Below, piece after piece: positions 40,701 to 56,171 of a stretch of DNA of 64,000 nt; the stretch's first letter is position 1, and every line of letters begins with the position of its first letter. Under the pieces are notes generated by a model. That model saw nothing but the letters and a program-made list of their open reading frames with translations. It did not search any database and was not told the DNA's origin. Source of the stretch: the human T2T-CHM13v2.0 reference genome, Homo sapiens; the NCBI RefSeq assembly GCF_009914755.1, contig NC_060944.1. The stretch is one strand, 5' to 3'. The position numbers and the translations under genes were made by a program.

Positions 40701-41759
40701 TGAGAAGGCAGCAATATTTCCCAACGCTCAACATAAGGACAAGTACCTGCTTTTCCTTTCATTTTAATGCCCACCTTTCATGGAAGTGAAAGATTGTTGT
40801 AAATTTGACCAGGCAAGAGGATTGCTTGTCCTTCAGATCATTCCCTGAAGGACAAATATTGTCCTTAGGAAATATTATACAAAGCTTAGGAAAATATTGT
40901 ATCTAAACTCCATGGACATTTTCAAGGGCTATAATGTTCTTTCACAAGACAATGTAATATTTTTTAAACCCATAACTGAACCATTGGATTTAGCAGGCAG
41001 GGCAAAATCTTGCTATCCTCCTTCTACGAAACAAGCCGGCTGAGAAATACAGGCCTTTCCTTGGGACACACAGCTGGTGAGTGGCCGAGCCGGCATAAGA
41101 ACCGAGGTCTTCTGATTTCAAGATCAATGTCTTTTCTAAAAAGCAAAATTGACTCCTGGTAGGAAACAGAATAAAACTTGTGCTACCTTAAATGACTGCA
41201 TTTGCCACTGTGTTGCCTATTTCACAATACACTTTTACTTATTCATAAGTTTGAATAACAAAGATAGCAATGATTTTAGAAATTTTTTAGTAAGACTTTT
41301 GACAATATAATGAAAACAAACGATTATTTAAGGTACACAAATTTGCAATCCGTGTTAGTGGATTTGTGGATCAAGAAGCCATCCATGGCACCTGGGATCT
41401 CCATTAAAATGTAATGGATAGATAATTAAAATCTGTAAATTCTATTAGGTCTTCACCTTACAAATCATCTACTAAATATTTTTGAAAACAGGCTTAGTCA
41501 AATTCCCCAATTGCCTTCTTTGCCTCTCCTCCCATCAGCCGCCTCCTAGTGGAGGTAGTGGTGAGCACTCAGAGCATCCCAGTGGGGCTCTAGAGGGGGC
41601 TACAGGAGTCGTTCAGGGACTGGGTAGCCTGCTGGTCAGAAATCCCTCTGGGAAATTCTGAGTGGGCTGCATATTAAACCTTAGAGGAGGGTTTGATGTT
41701 CCTGAATTGAGAACAAAGTGTTTGTGCCCCAACGTTCTCATCCCTTGAATAGCACAGGG

Positions 41760-41995
41760 AAGTAATGTGCACTCTGGAGTCAAATGCCAGGTTCAAATCT
41801 TGGTTCAGGCACTTCCTGGTTTGCATGGCTGGAGGTGAGTTGTCATTTATAGCCCTCAATTTCCTCGTCTGTACAATGGAGATAACTTGGTTAGTTTAGC
41901 CTCCCAGGGCTGTTGTGAAGCTCAAGCAAGATAGTAAGTGGAAATGCCTGGAACGATGCCTGGCACAGAAAAGTTGCTCAGCAAGCCTCAGCTCT
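41760..41995 (+). mobile_element. MIR
   Basis: CTCTGGAGTCAAATGCCAGGTTCAAATC...CCTCAATTTCCTCGTCTGTACAATGG. Confidence 0.8.
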
Positions 41996-43631
41996 TCCTA
42001 GCAAGGCCAAGAAGGAGCACATCAGTTTACAACCATATGGACCCAGTGGAGTGGGATAGTTGACAGTGAGGCAGCTGCTGTAATTTCTTCGGTAACCAGG
42101 CAAGACCCGACCTTGAGGTTTGCTCATCAGCTGCATTTATAGTCCTTGTGGGGCTAAACATCCAAGTTGGCATTTTTCTTCACTTAAATTGGTAAGGTAA
42201 AGAATGTTTTATCCAAAAGGGGCCTGTTTCCTTTGGAAGTGACTGCGTTGTCTCCTTTGTCCCCTTTAATTGTTCATTTGCTCTATGTGTGTGGCTGCTG
42301 TGATTTTCCAGTATTTCAGATGCAGGTCCTCTCATGCAGGGGCTTAGCACTAGGTCATAAAACTATCCTCACCTCACGAGTTTCACCTTGGAAACAGCTT
42401 CTATTCTTAGGTGTAAAAGGAATGTTCCCTGGAAATAGTCTTTTTTTTTTTTTTAAACTTATAAACACCTTATCTTCTTTTTTTTAAAATTTATTATCTT
42501 TTTAACACAGGAAGCCTCTTCACCTCTTTTGAAATTCAGAGTTCCAATTCTGCTTTCATGACCTGAATGGTGAGTATAATGCAATTCAGGTGATTCCCAG
42601 CTGGAAATACTAAACAACACTTTTTTTTTCTGTGCTCCAGTGACTGCTGCAGAAAGGGACACTTAGAGGGGCCTTCATTATTAATGAGTTACAGTTGACA
42701 CCCTGGCTTGGGCAGCCATTTCTCAGTGTGTGCTCCCATCTGGGGCAGCTCTGGCTTGGGAGTAGAAATGACTCAAGTCAATCCACCAGTGGTGGGAGAA
42801 CTCAGACTTCCTTGCACTGCCAAGAGTCAGATGCAGATGCCTCTGTGCCGGAATGTGCAGTTGAAGCAAAGGATCAAGAAGTCCTAGGAATGATGACACA
42901 CTGAAGGTCATGGTCAGAGCATTGCTGCATCTGAGCTCCAAGCCACTCTGTGGTTTCTGAACAGAATCTGCTTGTGGTTATCAGGAATAATGTGATAATC
43001 TCTTTGCTGTCCAAAGTTACCCACACAAAATTTCTGAGACTAGAGATGAGAAAAACAAATGGAACGGGATGGCCAATGTCCCATTCCAGAGAAAACAAAA
43101 TGTATCCATTGGTAGAGTGTTTTATGCAAGATCATTATGAATGGTGAGAGGACTTCCCCTCAGATTACCAGGCCATCACCCATCTTTGCCTCCCATTACA
43201 TCAAAACCTGACATTTTTCAAAATCATATCCAATAGCATCTGACAGCTTCTACACATGTTAGGCTTCCATAAAAGTTCTAAATATCTGCTTTATTTTATA
43301 TTGGTGTGTCAGTAGGGTCGTATGCCAATAAAGCTAATAAAATAAAAAATTAAATAGCAAGGCCAAAAATGGATGATGAATATTCCAGCAGTGATAGCCA
43401 ATATAGTAGTTGAAGTTGAACATTAAAATGTTGGGGAAACATGATGGAGTATAGAACAGCGCATCTGAAGAGGAAGCAGGCCAGCTCTTTAAGAAAGACA
43501 ATTTGGGTCTAAAAAATGTTCTCCTTGATGGACATGTTTTACTGGTGTTCTTCATGCTGATTTGCTGATAAAGTTAAAGCTGGAAAACTGTGCTTCATAT
43601 GACGTGAATAAACTCAGCTTCAAACTTGACA

Positions 43632-43901
43632 TTTTTTTTTTTTTGAGATGGAGTCTCACTCTTTTGCCCAGGCTGGAGTGCAATGGCATGATCTTGGCTC
43701 ACGTGATTCTCCTGCCTCAGCCTCCTGAGCAGCTGGGATTACAGACACATGCCACCATGCTCGGCTAATTTTTGTATTTTTAGTAGAAATGGGGTTTCAC
43801 TATGTTGGCCAGGCTGGTCTCAAACTCCTGACCTCAAATGATCCACCCGGCTCGGCCTCTTAAAGTGCTGGGATTACAGGTGTGAGCCACCACGCCTGGC
43901 C
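43632..43901 (-). mobile_element. AluS with small internal deletion
   Basis: Reverse Alu; GGCTCAC|GTGATTCTCC junction. Confidence 0.93.
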
Positions 43902-45072
43902 TCATCTGTGTATTTTAAGTAAGCAGGAATTGTAGCTCTCTAAATTGTAGGTGAACAGGAGGATAGCATTTAGGAAAAGAAACAGAGCAATGGACTCTGG
44001 CCTGTCTTTAGAGAGCTCTTTGAGTTCAACTATGTTTGGGAACAAAACACTAAAAGCCTTAAAGACCATTTTAAGTGGACTACATAGTGTTTTATTTTCC
44101 TGTGCTCCACACAAGGGGGGTTGGATGTTACAATAATGAAGCTCTTGTTACTGCCATTTCCCAGGCTTCTGTTGGTGGAAGGAGACTACGTGCTGAGCAT
44201 AAGTTTGGCAATGTTTTCCATGAAAAACTAAGAAGGCCAACTCTCACCAGACTCCTATCATCTTGTCATATTCATGTGATGACCCAACTTACCCAACCCT
44301 CAAAATGAGGGACACTTGGCAACCAAGCTCTGCTCCTCTGCTGATGTGAATGTGTTCCGAAAATTCAACATATGCCTCCTGGAAAATCTACACTCAAGGC
44401 CCAGTGGAAGAATGTACGATCTGCTTCCTGACCTTGAGTGGCTTCTGATATAATAAGCATGGGCAAGAAATGCATTGGAATATAGCTTGTACATTTGCTG
44501 GATTGTGCTGAAGCCAATCTCAGATGCCATTTCATCAGAAAATGTTTCAGTATGTCTCGCTAAGAGATTAGGATTTAAAAAAAAACAAACACACAACACT
44601 ACTATGCACCTAAACAATTAACAATAATTTAAAAATATTTTCTAACATTTTGTCAGTGTTCACATTTCTGTGGTGGATCAATAAATGAATTTTCGCAGTT
44701 GATTTGTTTGAATCAGAATTCAAACAAGGTCAACCCTCTCCACTGGTTGATCTATCTCTTAGGTCTCTTTTATTTCTTCTAATTTTACTTTTATGTGTTA
44801 CATACCCTTCTGTTTTCCACTGCCATTTATTTACAGAACGTGTTAGGCCGTTGTTCTGTAAAATTTCCCACATTTCAGATTTGGCTAATTGCATCCTCAT
44901 GAGGTCATTTAATAAGAACCTTTATCTTATAATTCCTGTAAGCTGGTGATTAGATTCAAAGTTTTTATCAGATTCAGTTTTACTCCATGGGCCTGGGGCT
45001 TCCTACTGCACCATACAGAGACACATAAGGTCCGGTTGTTTCTCTCTTTGTGATATTAAGATTAATAATTGG

Positions 45073-45263
45073 AGACCAGGAATGGTGTCTCACACCTGTA
45101 ATATCAGTGCTTCAGGAGGTTGAGGCAGGAGGATCACTTAAGTCCAGGAGTTCAAAGGTGCAGTGAGCTACGGTCGTGCCACTGAACACTGCACTCCTCT
45201 AGCCTGGGTAACAGAGAGACACCCTGTCTCCAAAAAGAAAAAAAAAGAAAAAGAAAAAGAAAA
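45073..45263 (+). mobile_element. Alu monomer (FAM/FRAM-like) within a minus-strand L1M fragment (~44470-45300)
   Basis: Single monomer with A tail; degenerate TSD AAGATTAATAATTGG / AAGATTGATCATTTGG. Confidence 0.75.
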
Positions 45264-45949
45264 AGATTGATCATTTGGTTCAGATGTTGACAGCCTTATT
45301 GATGAATAGGATATCATTAGGGCCGTGAAAGACCTGAAGACAATTTTTTAACTCTAAAGTGTTCCGGGTATAGCTAATAAACTAATATCAAAAATAGAAA
45401 CCTCATAGAGGGAAGCAAAGCAAGATGAAGCTAGAAATATGGATAATAATACTTTAAAAACACATATAACAGGCCATGTGCTAAGTGCTTTGCATATATA
45501 TACTTAGAACAGAGTCTGGTGCATTGCAAGACTAAATAATGATATTATTGCCATTGTTAGCTTGAACCACTTTACTCTACTACCTCCCTAAGTCAGCCTG
45601 GTAATACAGAGGAGGTGAAGATTCCTCCCTAGGCAGAATGACCTGGTTGCTCAAAAGTGAGAAATGGGAACTCCTCTCCTTTCTGTTTTTGGTAACATTG
45701 AGCCTGGACAATTTGTGGAATGTTTGGCCATAGGTGCTGCAGAGTAGGGAGGAGGAGTATTGAAAGTTGTAGGTTGGAGAATAGCATTGTCAAAGGCATT
45801 TTAGAATGAAGAACTGGTCAATTACTGTACACAGAAGGAACGGCATAGAATGGCAGGATAAGAGGCCAAGAGAGTGGGTTCAGAGCTTTGGTAATGGTCA
45901 AGCTCAGACCTCCAATTCTATGGGTTGTTCCTCTACTAGGTGACTTGAA

Positions 45950-46995
45950 GAAAGACAGATTCATAGCTCACACCACACATTTAGGTTAACCCTAGCGGGT
46001 TAAATATGGAAAATGATGCCATGAAAGTACTAGACAGAAGCATGGAATAATTTTTTATATCATGGAGGAAGGAAAGCTTTTCTAGTTGTAACACAAAAAT
46101 CCAGAATCCATTAAAAAGAAAAGACTACTCTGACTCCTAAGAGTCAAGAACTTGTACATCAAAAAAAAAAATCACCATAAGCAAAATCAAAAGACAACTG
46201 AGAATCTAGGAAAAAATATTTGCATCTTATATGACAGAGAAGTACAAATCTTTCCAGTATGTGAAGATTTCCGAGAATCTGAGAAAAGGGCCAACAACCC
46301 AACATAAAAATAAACAAAAACATTTCACAAAACCACTACAAAAGGGCTTAAACATGTGAAAAGATGTTTAATCTTATTCTGAAGAAGAGAAATGCAGATG
46401 TAATTGTAATAACTGTCATGATATGTAATAATAACTTACCATCCAGCCCTATTAGATTGGCTGAAAAAAAGTGACCGTTGGGGGCAGAAGATGGTACAAC
46501 CCTTGGAAAGGACCATTTAGGAATATTTATCAAAATTACAAATGCATATATTATTTGCACAGAAATCCTACTTCTGGAACTTATCCCACAGATGCATACC
46601 TGTGTGCCCACAAAATGTCAAAGAACTAGACACAATTCAAAGGCTAAAAACACTTTGGTACCTCAGTAAGTGGAACACCACGCAGCTATTAACAGAGGCT
46701 GTGAGGTTTTCCATGTGCTGTTATGGAAAAATCACTGGAGTCAGTGAATACAGGCAAGTGCAGAAAGAGTACCTGGCATGCCGCCTTTTGGGTAAGAAAG
46801 GGAAAGAAAAGACCATGTACTCTTATTTGCATGTATTTGCATAAAAGGAAACAAAAGAAGCAGATTAAAAACTGACCTCAGGGAGGACAGGGCAGGGTGT
46901 GAGTAAGAAGGCTTCTCAAGGTGGACCTTTATGTATCGTGTGGACCCTCAAGTCATGCGAATATCTTACATATTTACAAAAAATAAAATTTAAAA
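45950..46995 (+). mobile_element. Degraded old L1 (L1ME-like) 3' fragments
   Basis: AAACATGTGAAAAGATGTTTAA and GAAATCCTACTTCTGGAACTTATCC motifs. Confidence 0.6.
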
Positions 46996-46998
46996 ACG

Positions 46999-47448
<450 letters not shown>

Positions 47449-49569
47449 TTAAAAATGTGTCATGGAAGGGGAAGCACTTGAGCTGGATCTTGGTTTCAAC
47501 AGGTGCTGATTGAGGAGAAGCTGACAGGCAGTGGATAGCAGGAGGAAAAGCTCAGAGGAGCAATGTCTGGGTGAGTGTGGGTAGCAGCTGAGAGCACCAT
47601 GGGCCTGCTGGGAGCAGAGGGCACTGGAGGACAAAAATGGCCCTTGGGGTCAGCACTGGGGGGCCCCACCTGTCCAGATGGGAGCCTGAACTTTATTCTG
47701 CAGGTGGTGGGGTGCCATTAAAGGGTTTTGAGTCTCTTTGAATCCATTGGAGCTGCAGTTCTATTTATCTGTTCATGCATTTCCTGTGTGCCTAAGACAG
47801 TGGGCACTGCTCCAGGTGCTGGGGCACTGAGATGAACACCACTCAGCACCCAGCCAGTAGCTGGTGATCTCCTGGGGAGACAGGTTTATCAAAAATGACT
47901 AGGGGCCATGTGCTGAGGGAGGCACTAGAAGTCTGAACCAAGTAACAGGAAACAGGTTCAATTCATTCATTTTAGGGGAAGATGGAGGCCTAGGGGAGCC
48001 TCCAGAGAAGCTGGGATGCTTAAATAAAAAGTGGAAAGGCTCATCTGGTGGATGGTTACTGTTGTAGAGATTCGGGAGGAGAGAATGGTTAGTGTTGTGG
48101 AGATTTGGGAGGAGAGAAGATGCTGGAGTCAGGAATCCAATCAGCAAAGCAGGTGAATCAAGGCATCTAGGAGAAGTTGCCTGGAGATGGAATGAAGGGG
48201 GTTCCAACTGTACGAAAAGTACCAGTGAAGCAGGACAAACAGGATTAGGGGTGATGGTGGTTGAGATGAGGTCATGGGGAGGTGGTGAAGTGGAAAAGAG
48301 GGTGCCGGAGTCACAGCCAGGAGAGGGGCAGAGCTGGGAGAAAGAGCCTGTCAGCCTCCTAGGGTCCCGAAGGCCTGTGTCATGGGGCAGGAGTGCAGCT
48401 GGTGGCTGGAAATGAGAATCAGGGCTCTGGGAAGAGGTGGCAGCTGGGGAGGGGGCTGTGATGTTGGAATTCCTGTGAGCATGGCTTGAAGCAGTGGATA
48501 CAGCAGAGGTCCTCCAGAGAGGAAAAAGTAAGACTAAAGAGATTGAGAATTGTTACATTTTAGGGTGCAGGGGCTGAAAGGAGGAATGAGTGAAGGAAGA
48601 GAAAAAAATCACAAGATTTGGGCGATCTTGGGGAGATTAGAGCCTTGAGAGCAGAAAGGCAGAAGGGACGGAGGGCAAGGCATGGCGCAAAGACCACTCC
48701 GGAGAAGCCTGGAGCACGTTCTGACAAAGGCAGCAGCAACGGACAACCACAGCAAGAGAGGCTGGCTGAGCCAGAGGTGAGGAGAGTGAGGAGGGAAACA
48801 GCACTGTCCTTTCCATGGAGCTCGAAAGTGAGAGAAGACAGGAGGGTAGGCCAGGGGTCCATGCGAAGCAGCGGCACGGTCCCACAGCAGGCTGAAGATG
48901 GGGCTCCCTGAACTGCAGGGCTGACCCCACCATCACATAAGAAGCCTGAAGGCTGGACCCAGCCCTTGGCTTTGGGGAACCCCCAGTTACTAGCAGCTGG
49001 GCAGAGACCCAGAAGACAGACAATGGCGGAGAAGTTGGTGTCTGAAAGTCAAAGTTAAAGGAAGCAAACAGGTGATTCTGCCCACAGTCCTCCCCCACTG
49101 AAGCCCACGGGGGCCCTTGACTGGGCTCCTTGACTCCTGCCTTTGCTTCCCTCTGCGGTCCGACCCCTCAAGGCCATCCTCCAAGGGCTGCTTTGATTTC
49201 CAGGGGTTGCTCCCAAGACTGAGTGTTTTAGGGTGGGAGCACAGAGAGGAATAACATTGTGAAAGTGCAACTCAACTCAGAAGAGATTTTAAAAATGAGG
49301 CTTTGTTGCTTTCCAGGGAGGAATATCTAGGATGCCAGCAGGCTAAGGCTTGCAGAAATTCTGCCTTAGTGAATAGCTAAGATCGTCTCACAGTTAGCCA
49401 AGCAAGGAAGTCTGTCCGAGCATCTTTCCTCTCTTGGCATTCCGAGCTCACAGCTCATCTGGCTTCCTCTTGATTTCTCAGTACCCTCATGGTTAGTCTT
49501 GAAAACCATGATAACAATTATGTATTATATGAAAATTGTCATCTATTATAGCTATATAATATTATTATA

Positions 49570-49790
49570 ATAACAATCATTTATTGAGCACTTGTTATGC
49601 AGCTGACATTGTACCAAACTCCTTATCTTTTTCATCTCATTTAATTGTTGGCCATCCTCACAAAATGGGTTCTGTTGTGACTTCATTTTCCAGATGGAAA
49701 AACTGATGTCTGGAGGTTAGATGACTTGCCTGGGTCACAGGATGCAAGTGGGTGAGTCAGGAGGCCTCTTCAGGCTGAAGTCAATGTTCC
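49570..49790 (-). mobile_element. MIR
   Basis: CATTTATTGAGCAC...CATTTTCCAGATGGAAAAACTGA. Confidence 0.75.
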
Positions 49791-51182
49791 ACCTCCCAGG
49801 ACTTGGGCCTCTCCCCTCGCTGGATGCCCCCCTCAATTCAGTAACCGCACTTTAACCTGCCTTTTGGGCTCATGAGTGATCAACTTCAACCCTCTTTCCT
49901 GCTCTCCGCGCCACCACATCCCACACTGCCCAGCTCCTTTCTTGAGCCAAACTGTCTCAAGCCTGCTTTCCTGTGACTTTACCTCTGCGACCACCTTTGC
50001 TTTCCCAGGGAGACGTTTCCTGTCCTTCCTTTGGCCTCTGGACTTCCGCCTGTCAAACTCCACCCATTGGTCAAGGTCCGTCTGAGATGCCAATTCCTTC
50101 CTGAAATGCCCCGTATTCTTTGGCGGCCCCTGGCCTCCTCAGTCTCAGAAATGTGTGTTCACCTTGTTTCTGCTTACAGTGGGGCTCAAAGTATTCTGCT
50201 ACAGCACCCCCTCCTGGTTCCCAGAGGTAAATGCCCTGCCACTCCGGAAAGGGACCTCAACCTGTTCTAGACAACCAGGGCGGCATTTTTAAATGTTTTC
50301 TATTCTGTCCTTCAAATGGACAAAAATTTCTATCCTGCGCCAGGAAGAGTTTACACTTGTTTTGATATCAAAATAATGTTATTTTCCAAAATCATTAGGT
50401 GAGGTTGAGATTTCAGGAAGACGTGCTTTCCTGTGGTGGGCCCTTCCTCCATCCCACTGCCAAGTACTAAAAGGAGAGGCACATCCAAGTTTAAGAAGCA
50501 GGTGAGCAGAACACAAAGTCCTCAAAGGCAAAAACTGCCTCTCGCCCTGCCTCACCAGCGGGTGTCGACTGTAGAAAGAATGAACTTTATATTTGCTCAA
50601 ATGGATTACACGTTAACATCACCTCTTAAAGGGTCTGAAAATCATTTATTTCTCAGCAGATGTGGGTTTTCCTTGTGATCAAAATGACTTGATTAATTTG
50701 CTCAATGAAGCTATTTTTTAGAGCTGGTATGAGCCCACCAACATAGTTTATGTTCCCAAGTTCTAATTTGTGGGGTCCCTAGGAAGTTCTGTCGCTTTTC
50801 CATTTCAGAAATCTACATGTGCTGGAAACAGAGCCAGACCACATTCTTAAATCGCTGCATTTGTCACAGAGCCCTCCCACCTCCATATTCGTTGCCTTTC
50901 TCTTGCTGCTGAGATTCTAAGAGACCCGATGTTAACCTAACTCTGACGTGGCCCTGCTGTAGCTCAGCCTGTCCCCTCCTTGCTCTTGGGGCACCACAGG
51001 CTAAATCATTTCCTTTGGGCAAGAACTCCCACTTTCTCAGAATAATTCCTCCTGCCAGGGCATGGGGGCTGTGGCTGGAGCCACAGAGATAGAAATCTCT
51101 GTGTGATTGGGTAGCAATGATTTTATCTCCATGCCTTCATCTTTGCAGCAACAAAACTGTTATAACAAACCCACATGGTTGG

Positions 51183-51575
51183 CATGGCATGGGCTGGATT
51201 TCCCGGCAGGCAGCTGGTGTACTGGGAAGAGTTATGGAGATTGATGCCTGTGAGGGATGAGGAGCAGGGCTGACCAGGAGAGAAGTCTGACTGTGATGCA
51301 GTAGCAAAACAGATCCAAGCTGATCTTCCGTGGAGCTCTGGTGCTGGGATGGTCCTCAGAGTTGTCCTCCATTGAAGCTTTTGTACCCCACAGTGAGTGG
51401 TCCCCAGGAAGGGGGTGTTTGCTTGGGTTTTATGGTTCTCTTTAGCCTAAGGCAATGGAAAGGAGGCTCTGCTGTGAGCCACCAGCCTTGAGGGAATGAG
51501 CGTCTCAGTGCTGGTGGGGGGATCTGGGCATGCTGGGCAACGTTAGCTACAATACACAGCTGCCCAACCTCATGG
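51183..51575 (-). mobile_element. ERVL solo LTR (LTR16-like)
   Basis: GGAGCTCTGGTGCTGGGATGGTCCTCAGAGTTGTCC. Confidence 0.65.
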
Positions 51576-52489
51576 TGAACAGAGGCCATGAGCTCCCTAC
51601 AGCACTCCACCGCATTAATAAGGACGAATAACTAGGAGCCTGCTTATCCCAAGAGTACAACATTTTCATAATAGAAGATGTCACTTCACTAAAATCTTAG
51701 ACATCAGGCACCTCAGGGATTGCGGAGAAGTTATAGATGGGGGCAACCCAAGAGAGGCGTGAATTTTTTGAAAAATGGTAATTTGGGATAAATGGAAGAG
51801 TCAAGTCTCACTGTTCCTTAGTCAGGAACGCTTGTCACAAGCAAAGGCCTGCTCAGAGAGCCAGTCCCTGAACCCCAAGCCCAGGCTTGATTTGTAAGGG
51901 ACTGGGCCCATTCCCTGAGGGAGCTCCTGGTGAAAGAACATGTTCAGAAGGCAAACAAGGAAGGGGAAAAACCACACTCAGGACAAAAAAGCATAACAGT
52001 AAACACAGAAGTAAAATATCTTCTTCTTTCTGGCAAAGGAAGAGCTTGATGTTACAGTGGGTTTAGCCAGAACAAGCCGGTGATACCTGTTTAGCACAGG
52101 GCCCAGCATTTCAAGAGGACTGGGCCTCAGGAAGAACCATAGTTCTCCCATGGTACAGGAAAATACCTGGCCAGCTGTGGATTGCCGTCTTCCTCAGCTT
52201 TCTGAAACTGGAGAGCGTATAGCTGTCACTCACCACCTCCATCACTCATCTTCTATTGGCAACAGACGCTGCTAACCCTGTTTCCCTAGTGAGTGTCACT
52301 TCAGGGTCTTGAATGCAGCCCTGTGAAGTGCTTCTGAACCAAGGAAGAACATGACAAGCTAATGGAAACTCAGAAAAATAGGGCTGTTTTCTTCTCGAGA
52401 CTCAATTTAAGATGGCTTGATTTGTACATATTTCTATTGGCAAATCATTCACTGCATGTTTAACAGATGTCCTATAAAAGAGACACAAA

Positions 52490-52799
<310 letters not shown>

Positions 52800-52810
52800 T
52801 TAGTTTTTTA

Positions 52811-53145
<335 letters not shown>

Positions 53146-53452
53146 TCAGCATCTCCTGTCATCAAGTGTTTTCTGTGGTTAGGTGATTTGGCCCTGGCCA
53201 TGACCCTATCATATAGATGAAAACACTGAGGTCCATGAGATCCATGAGATTAAGCCTCAGGAGGTGGAATCCAGAACATGGATTTCAGCCTGAGGACTTT
53301 TGAGCTAAAAAAAATGGCTGGACTTGTCCATATTGTACTTTTCTGTAGCCAGGTGGTTTTCTGAGTTCGAGGTGCATATGCATTTTTTGACCTATAAACA
53401 CTGAGCCTTAAAGAGCATGTGTAGATCCTCTGTGTGCTTACTCGACAATGAA

Positions 53453-53453
<1 letters not shown>

Positions 53454-53487
<34 letters not shown>
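53454..53487. repeat. (CA)n microsatellite
   Basis: Direct CA run. Confidence 0.95.
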
Positions 53488-53489
<2 letters not shown>

Positions 53490-55665
53490 CAGGCACTAGC
53501 CATGGGTAGTAGCTCTAACAGTGTCTGGTCACAAATTTTTTCAACCTTCCTAGCAGCCTAAATACTAGAGCTGCAAAGAGAAGCTCTGAAGGCACAATGA
53601 GAACAGAGGGTCATTCATTAAATCCCCACTCCCTCTGTAATGAAGGGCAGGTGAGTACAGCCTAAAATGGCAGAAGAACCTCAAGCCTGAGTCGTAACAA
53701 AACGCCATCAAACCCTGCCTAAAGCTATTCGTCCAAATTAAAGTTCTGCTGAATGTCAAGCCCCAGCCAATTCCACAGCTCCTCTTCCACAGTTACCTAC
53801 ACCCCAGTTTAAAGAGAAAGTAAGACGAAAGTGCCTGATTCACTCTGCCCAAATCAGCTGGCTGACATCGCAAACATGAACACATATCCCGCACATGAAA
53901 TGACCAGCCCCTTGCAAAACGAACTGGGTTATATTTTGGATAACAAAATTGCATAACAGAGATTAAACCACACAGAATTTGGGCTCAGCCAGAGGTGTTA
54001 TTATGCAAAACGAAATGGACAGTACCGTTACAGGGTACCCATTACAGGGGAGCAAACCTCTCGCCTTGTTGGCCTGCCAAAAAGAGATATTCCAAGTGTA
54101 GAGCATTTCCCAGTCTGACGGATGTTAATTCAATTAGCCACTTTGCCAATGTTGAAATGCCTAGAAACCTTGTCAAAACTCATTTCCTCAGCATACCCGT
54201 TCATAAAATCTACAGTCCTGCACCCTCGTTCAGCATCTGTTACTGCATTTCCTGTAACCCTATAACCCTTAAGCTTCTGGGTGTTGCCGAGAAATACCAT
54301 ATATTAAATGTCATTTTAAGGACATTTTAGTTTCTGTTGTTGCTATTATTAATTTTCATGTACCTATAAATTATTTTAACATCATCATATAACACACAGT
54401 TAATTTTACTAAAGTGGATGAATGTAAAGAATATTTTACAAGATACTTTAAAAAAACCGATGAGGTTTCTAAAATATGCATTTCAAGATCTTCTCAAGAG
54501 GTGTCCATGCAAGATTTTAAAAGATAAATGAGACCCAAAGCCCCTCAAGAATTTGTGTACTTGCTCTTTTAGTCTTAATAGTGACTTAGTAACAACATTT
54601 TACAGCTAAAAAGAATCTGAAAAACCATTGCTTACAATGCTGTACTTTTATGTACCTTTTGAGGACAGAAAGGTCCTACAGTGATGCGGTTACTTCCATA
54701 TTTTTTGCAACTTGTTTAAAAAATGAAATGACGTTTGTATTTTAGAATAAGCGTACAAAACAATAAAAATCAAATCAAATCAAGCAGTTTAGATTTTAAC
54801 ATGTATTACCAAGGTGAGGCTAGCGAAAATGAAAAGGAGCTTTCTTTTAGTTGATTTCTGAGACTTGGAAGAGCATATGTGAAGTGTTCTATGAGGACCA
54901 CAAGTCTGGGTCTGGATAAAAGCAACACTCAGATCTGCAATGCAGTAGTCCCTAGCCAGTGTGCAAAAGTCACCCCCGTTCTAAGCTGCATGGCAATGAA
55001 ATAATGTTAACAACCCCACTAGTCATAAAGATACAAACTACACTGAGCCCTTCAGAAGATTCTGTATTTCTCAGATGGCATCAGAAGCTTGAGGGTTATG
55101 ATTGCTCTGTGACCTTACATATCTAGAGAACTGTGCTATTTAACAGTGCTAAGAGTAGAGTTCAACTCCCACCTCCTCGGACAATGAAATCATTCGGACT
55201 CCCTCACTGGGTAGCATTTATGATTCATTGCCACCTCTCCCAAATTTGATCTGTCAGCCCGAGAGGCTAAGTCAGTTGCTGACTCTCTGCTGCTCCCCAA
55301 CCCCTCCAGCTTACTGTACAGTGAAGCTGTACGGACGGTTATACCTAAGCAGGAGGCTGGGGTCACCTGTGTGAGGGCAGGAAGACAAAGGGATCTTTAA
55401 AGATGACAAACGTCAGGCAGCCAACCCAGCCTGGGAAGGCAGTGTTCTCCCTGTTTCCAGGAGGGGTCAAAGTGACATAGTGTGACAATGCCCAGGAAGG
55501 CTGTTTTAGACATGGATTTAAATATATTTTCATGAGCCACTGTAAGGTGTTCACAGAGGTGAGACCAGTGAGCCACCCGCCTTTCCTCTGGCATCCAGGA
55601 AAACACTTGTGAAGCAAGAAGTATCATGTTACACCAGCCCTTCTCTTCCCAGTTTCTCCTAAAAC

Positions 55666-55841
55666 AGATTCTCCAACTTCAATACGCATTAGAATCACCT
55701 GGGCAGCTCTTAAAAATCCCAGTGTCCAGGCCACAGCCCAGAAAAATTCAATCGGAATCTCTGGGGATGGGTCCCAGGCATCAGGGCCTTCTAAGTCTCC
55801 CTTTGGTGAATTCAATATGCAGCACCAGTTGAGATTCAGTG
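55666..55841. mobile_element. MER5A (hAT-Charlie MITE)
   Basis: GCATTAGAATCACCTGGG...AATCGGAATCTCTGGGGATGGGTCCCAGGCATC. Confidence 0.8.
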
Positions 55842-56171
55842 TTTCTTAAAGAACCCTTTACAAAAGCAGGACTGGTTGAAGTGGTGTCTATTCAACGGCA
55901 CAGAACTGAACATCGGCTCTAAATGACTGTTCAGTCGGCTTATTGCAGGACTGGGGAGAAGCACTCACCCGCGGTGGTGATGCGGCTCTTTTCCTGCATA
56001 AAATCTACAGACCCTGTCTAATATTTTCCATGCCAGGCAATGAGATCACAAACTCCAAAACATTAAATCAAAACCGGAGGCATTACAGGTCTTCAGTAAA
56101 ACTTCATAGTCCGTACACAAGGGGGGGGAGAGAAGAAAATTAAAACCATCACCAAGCTGCGGACATATTAT

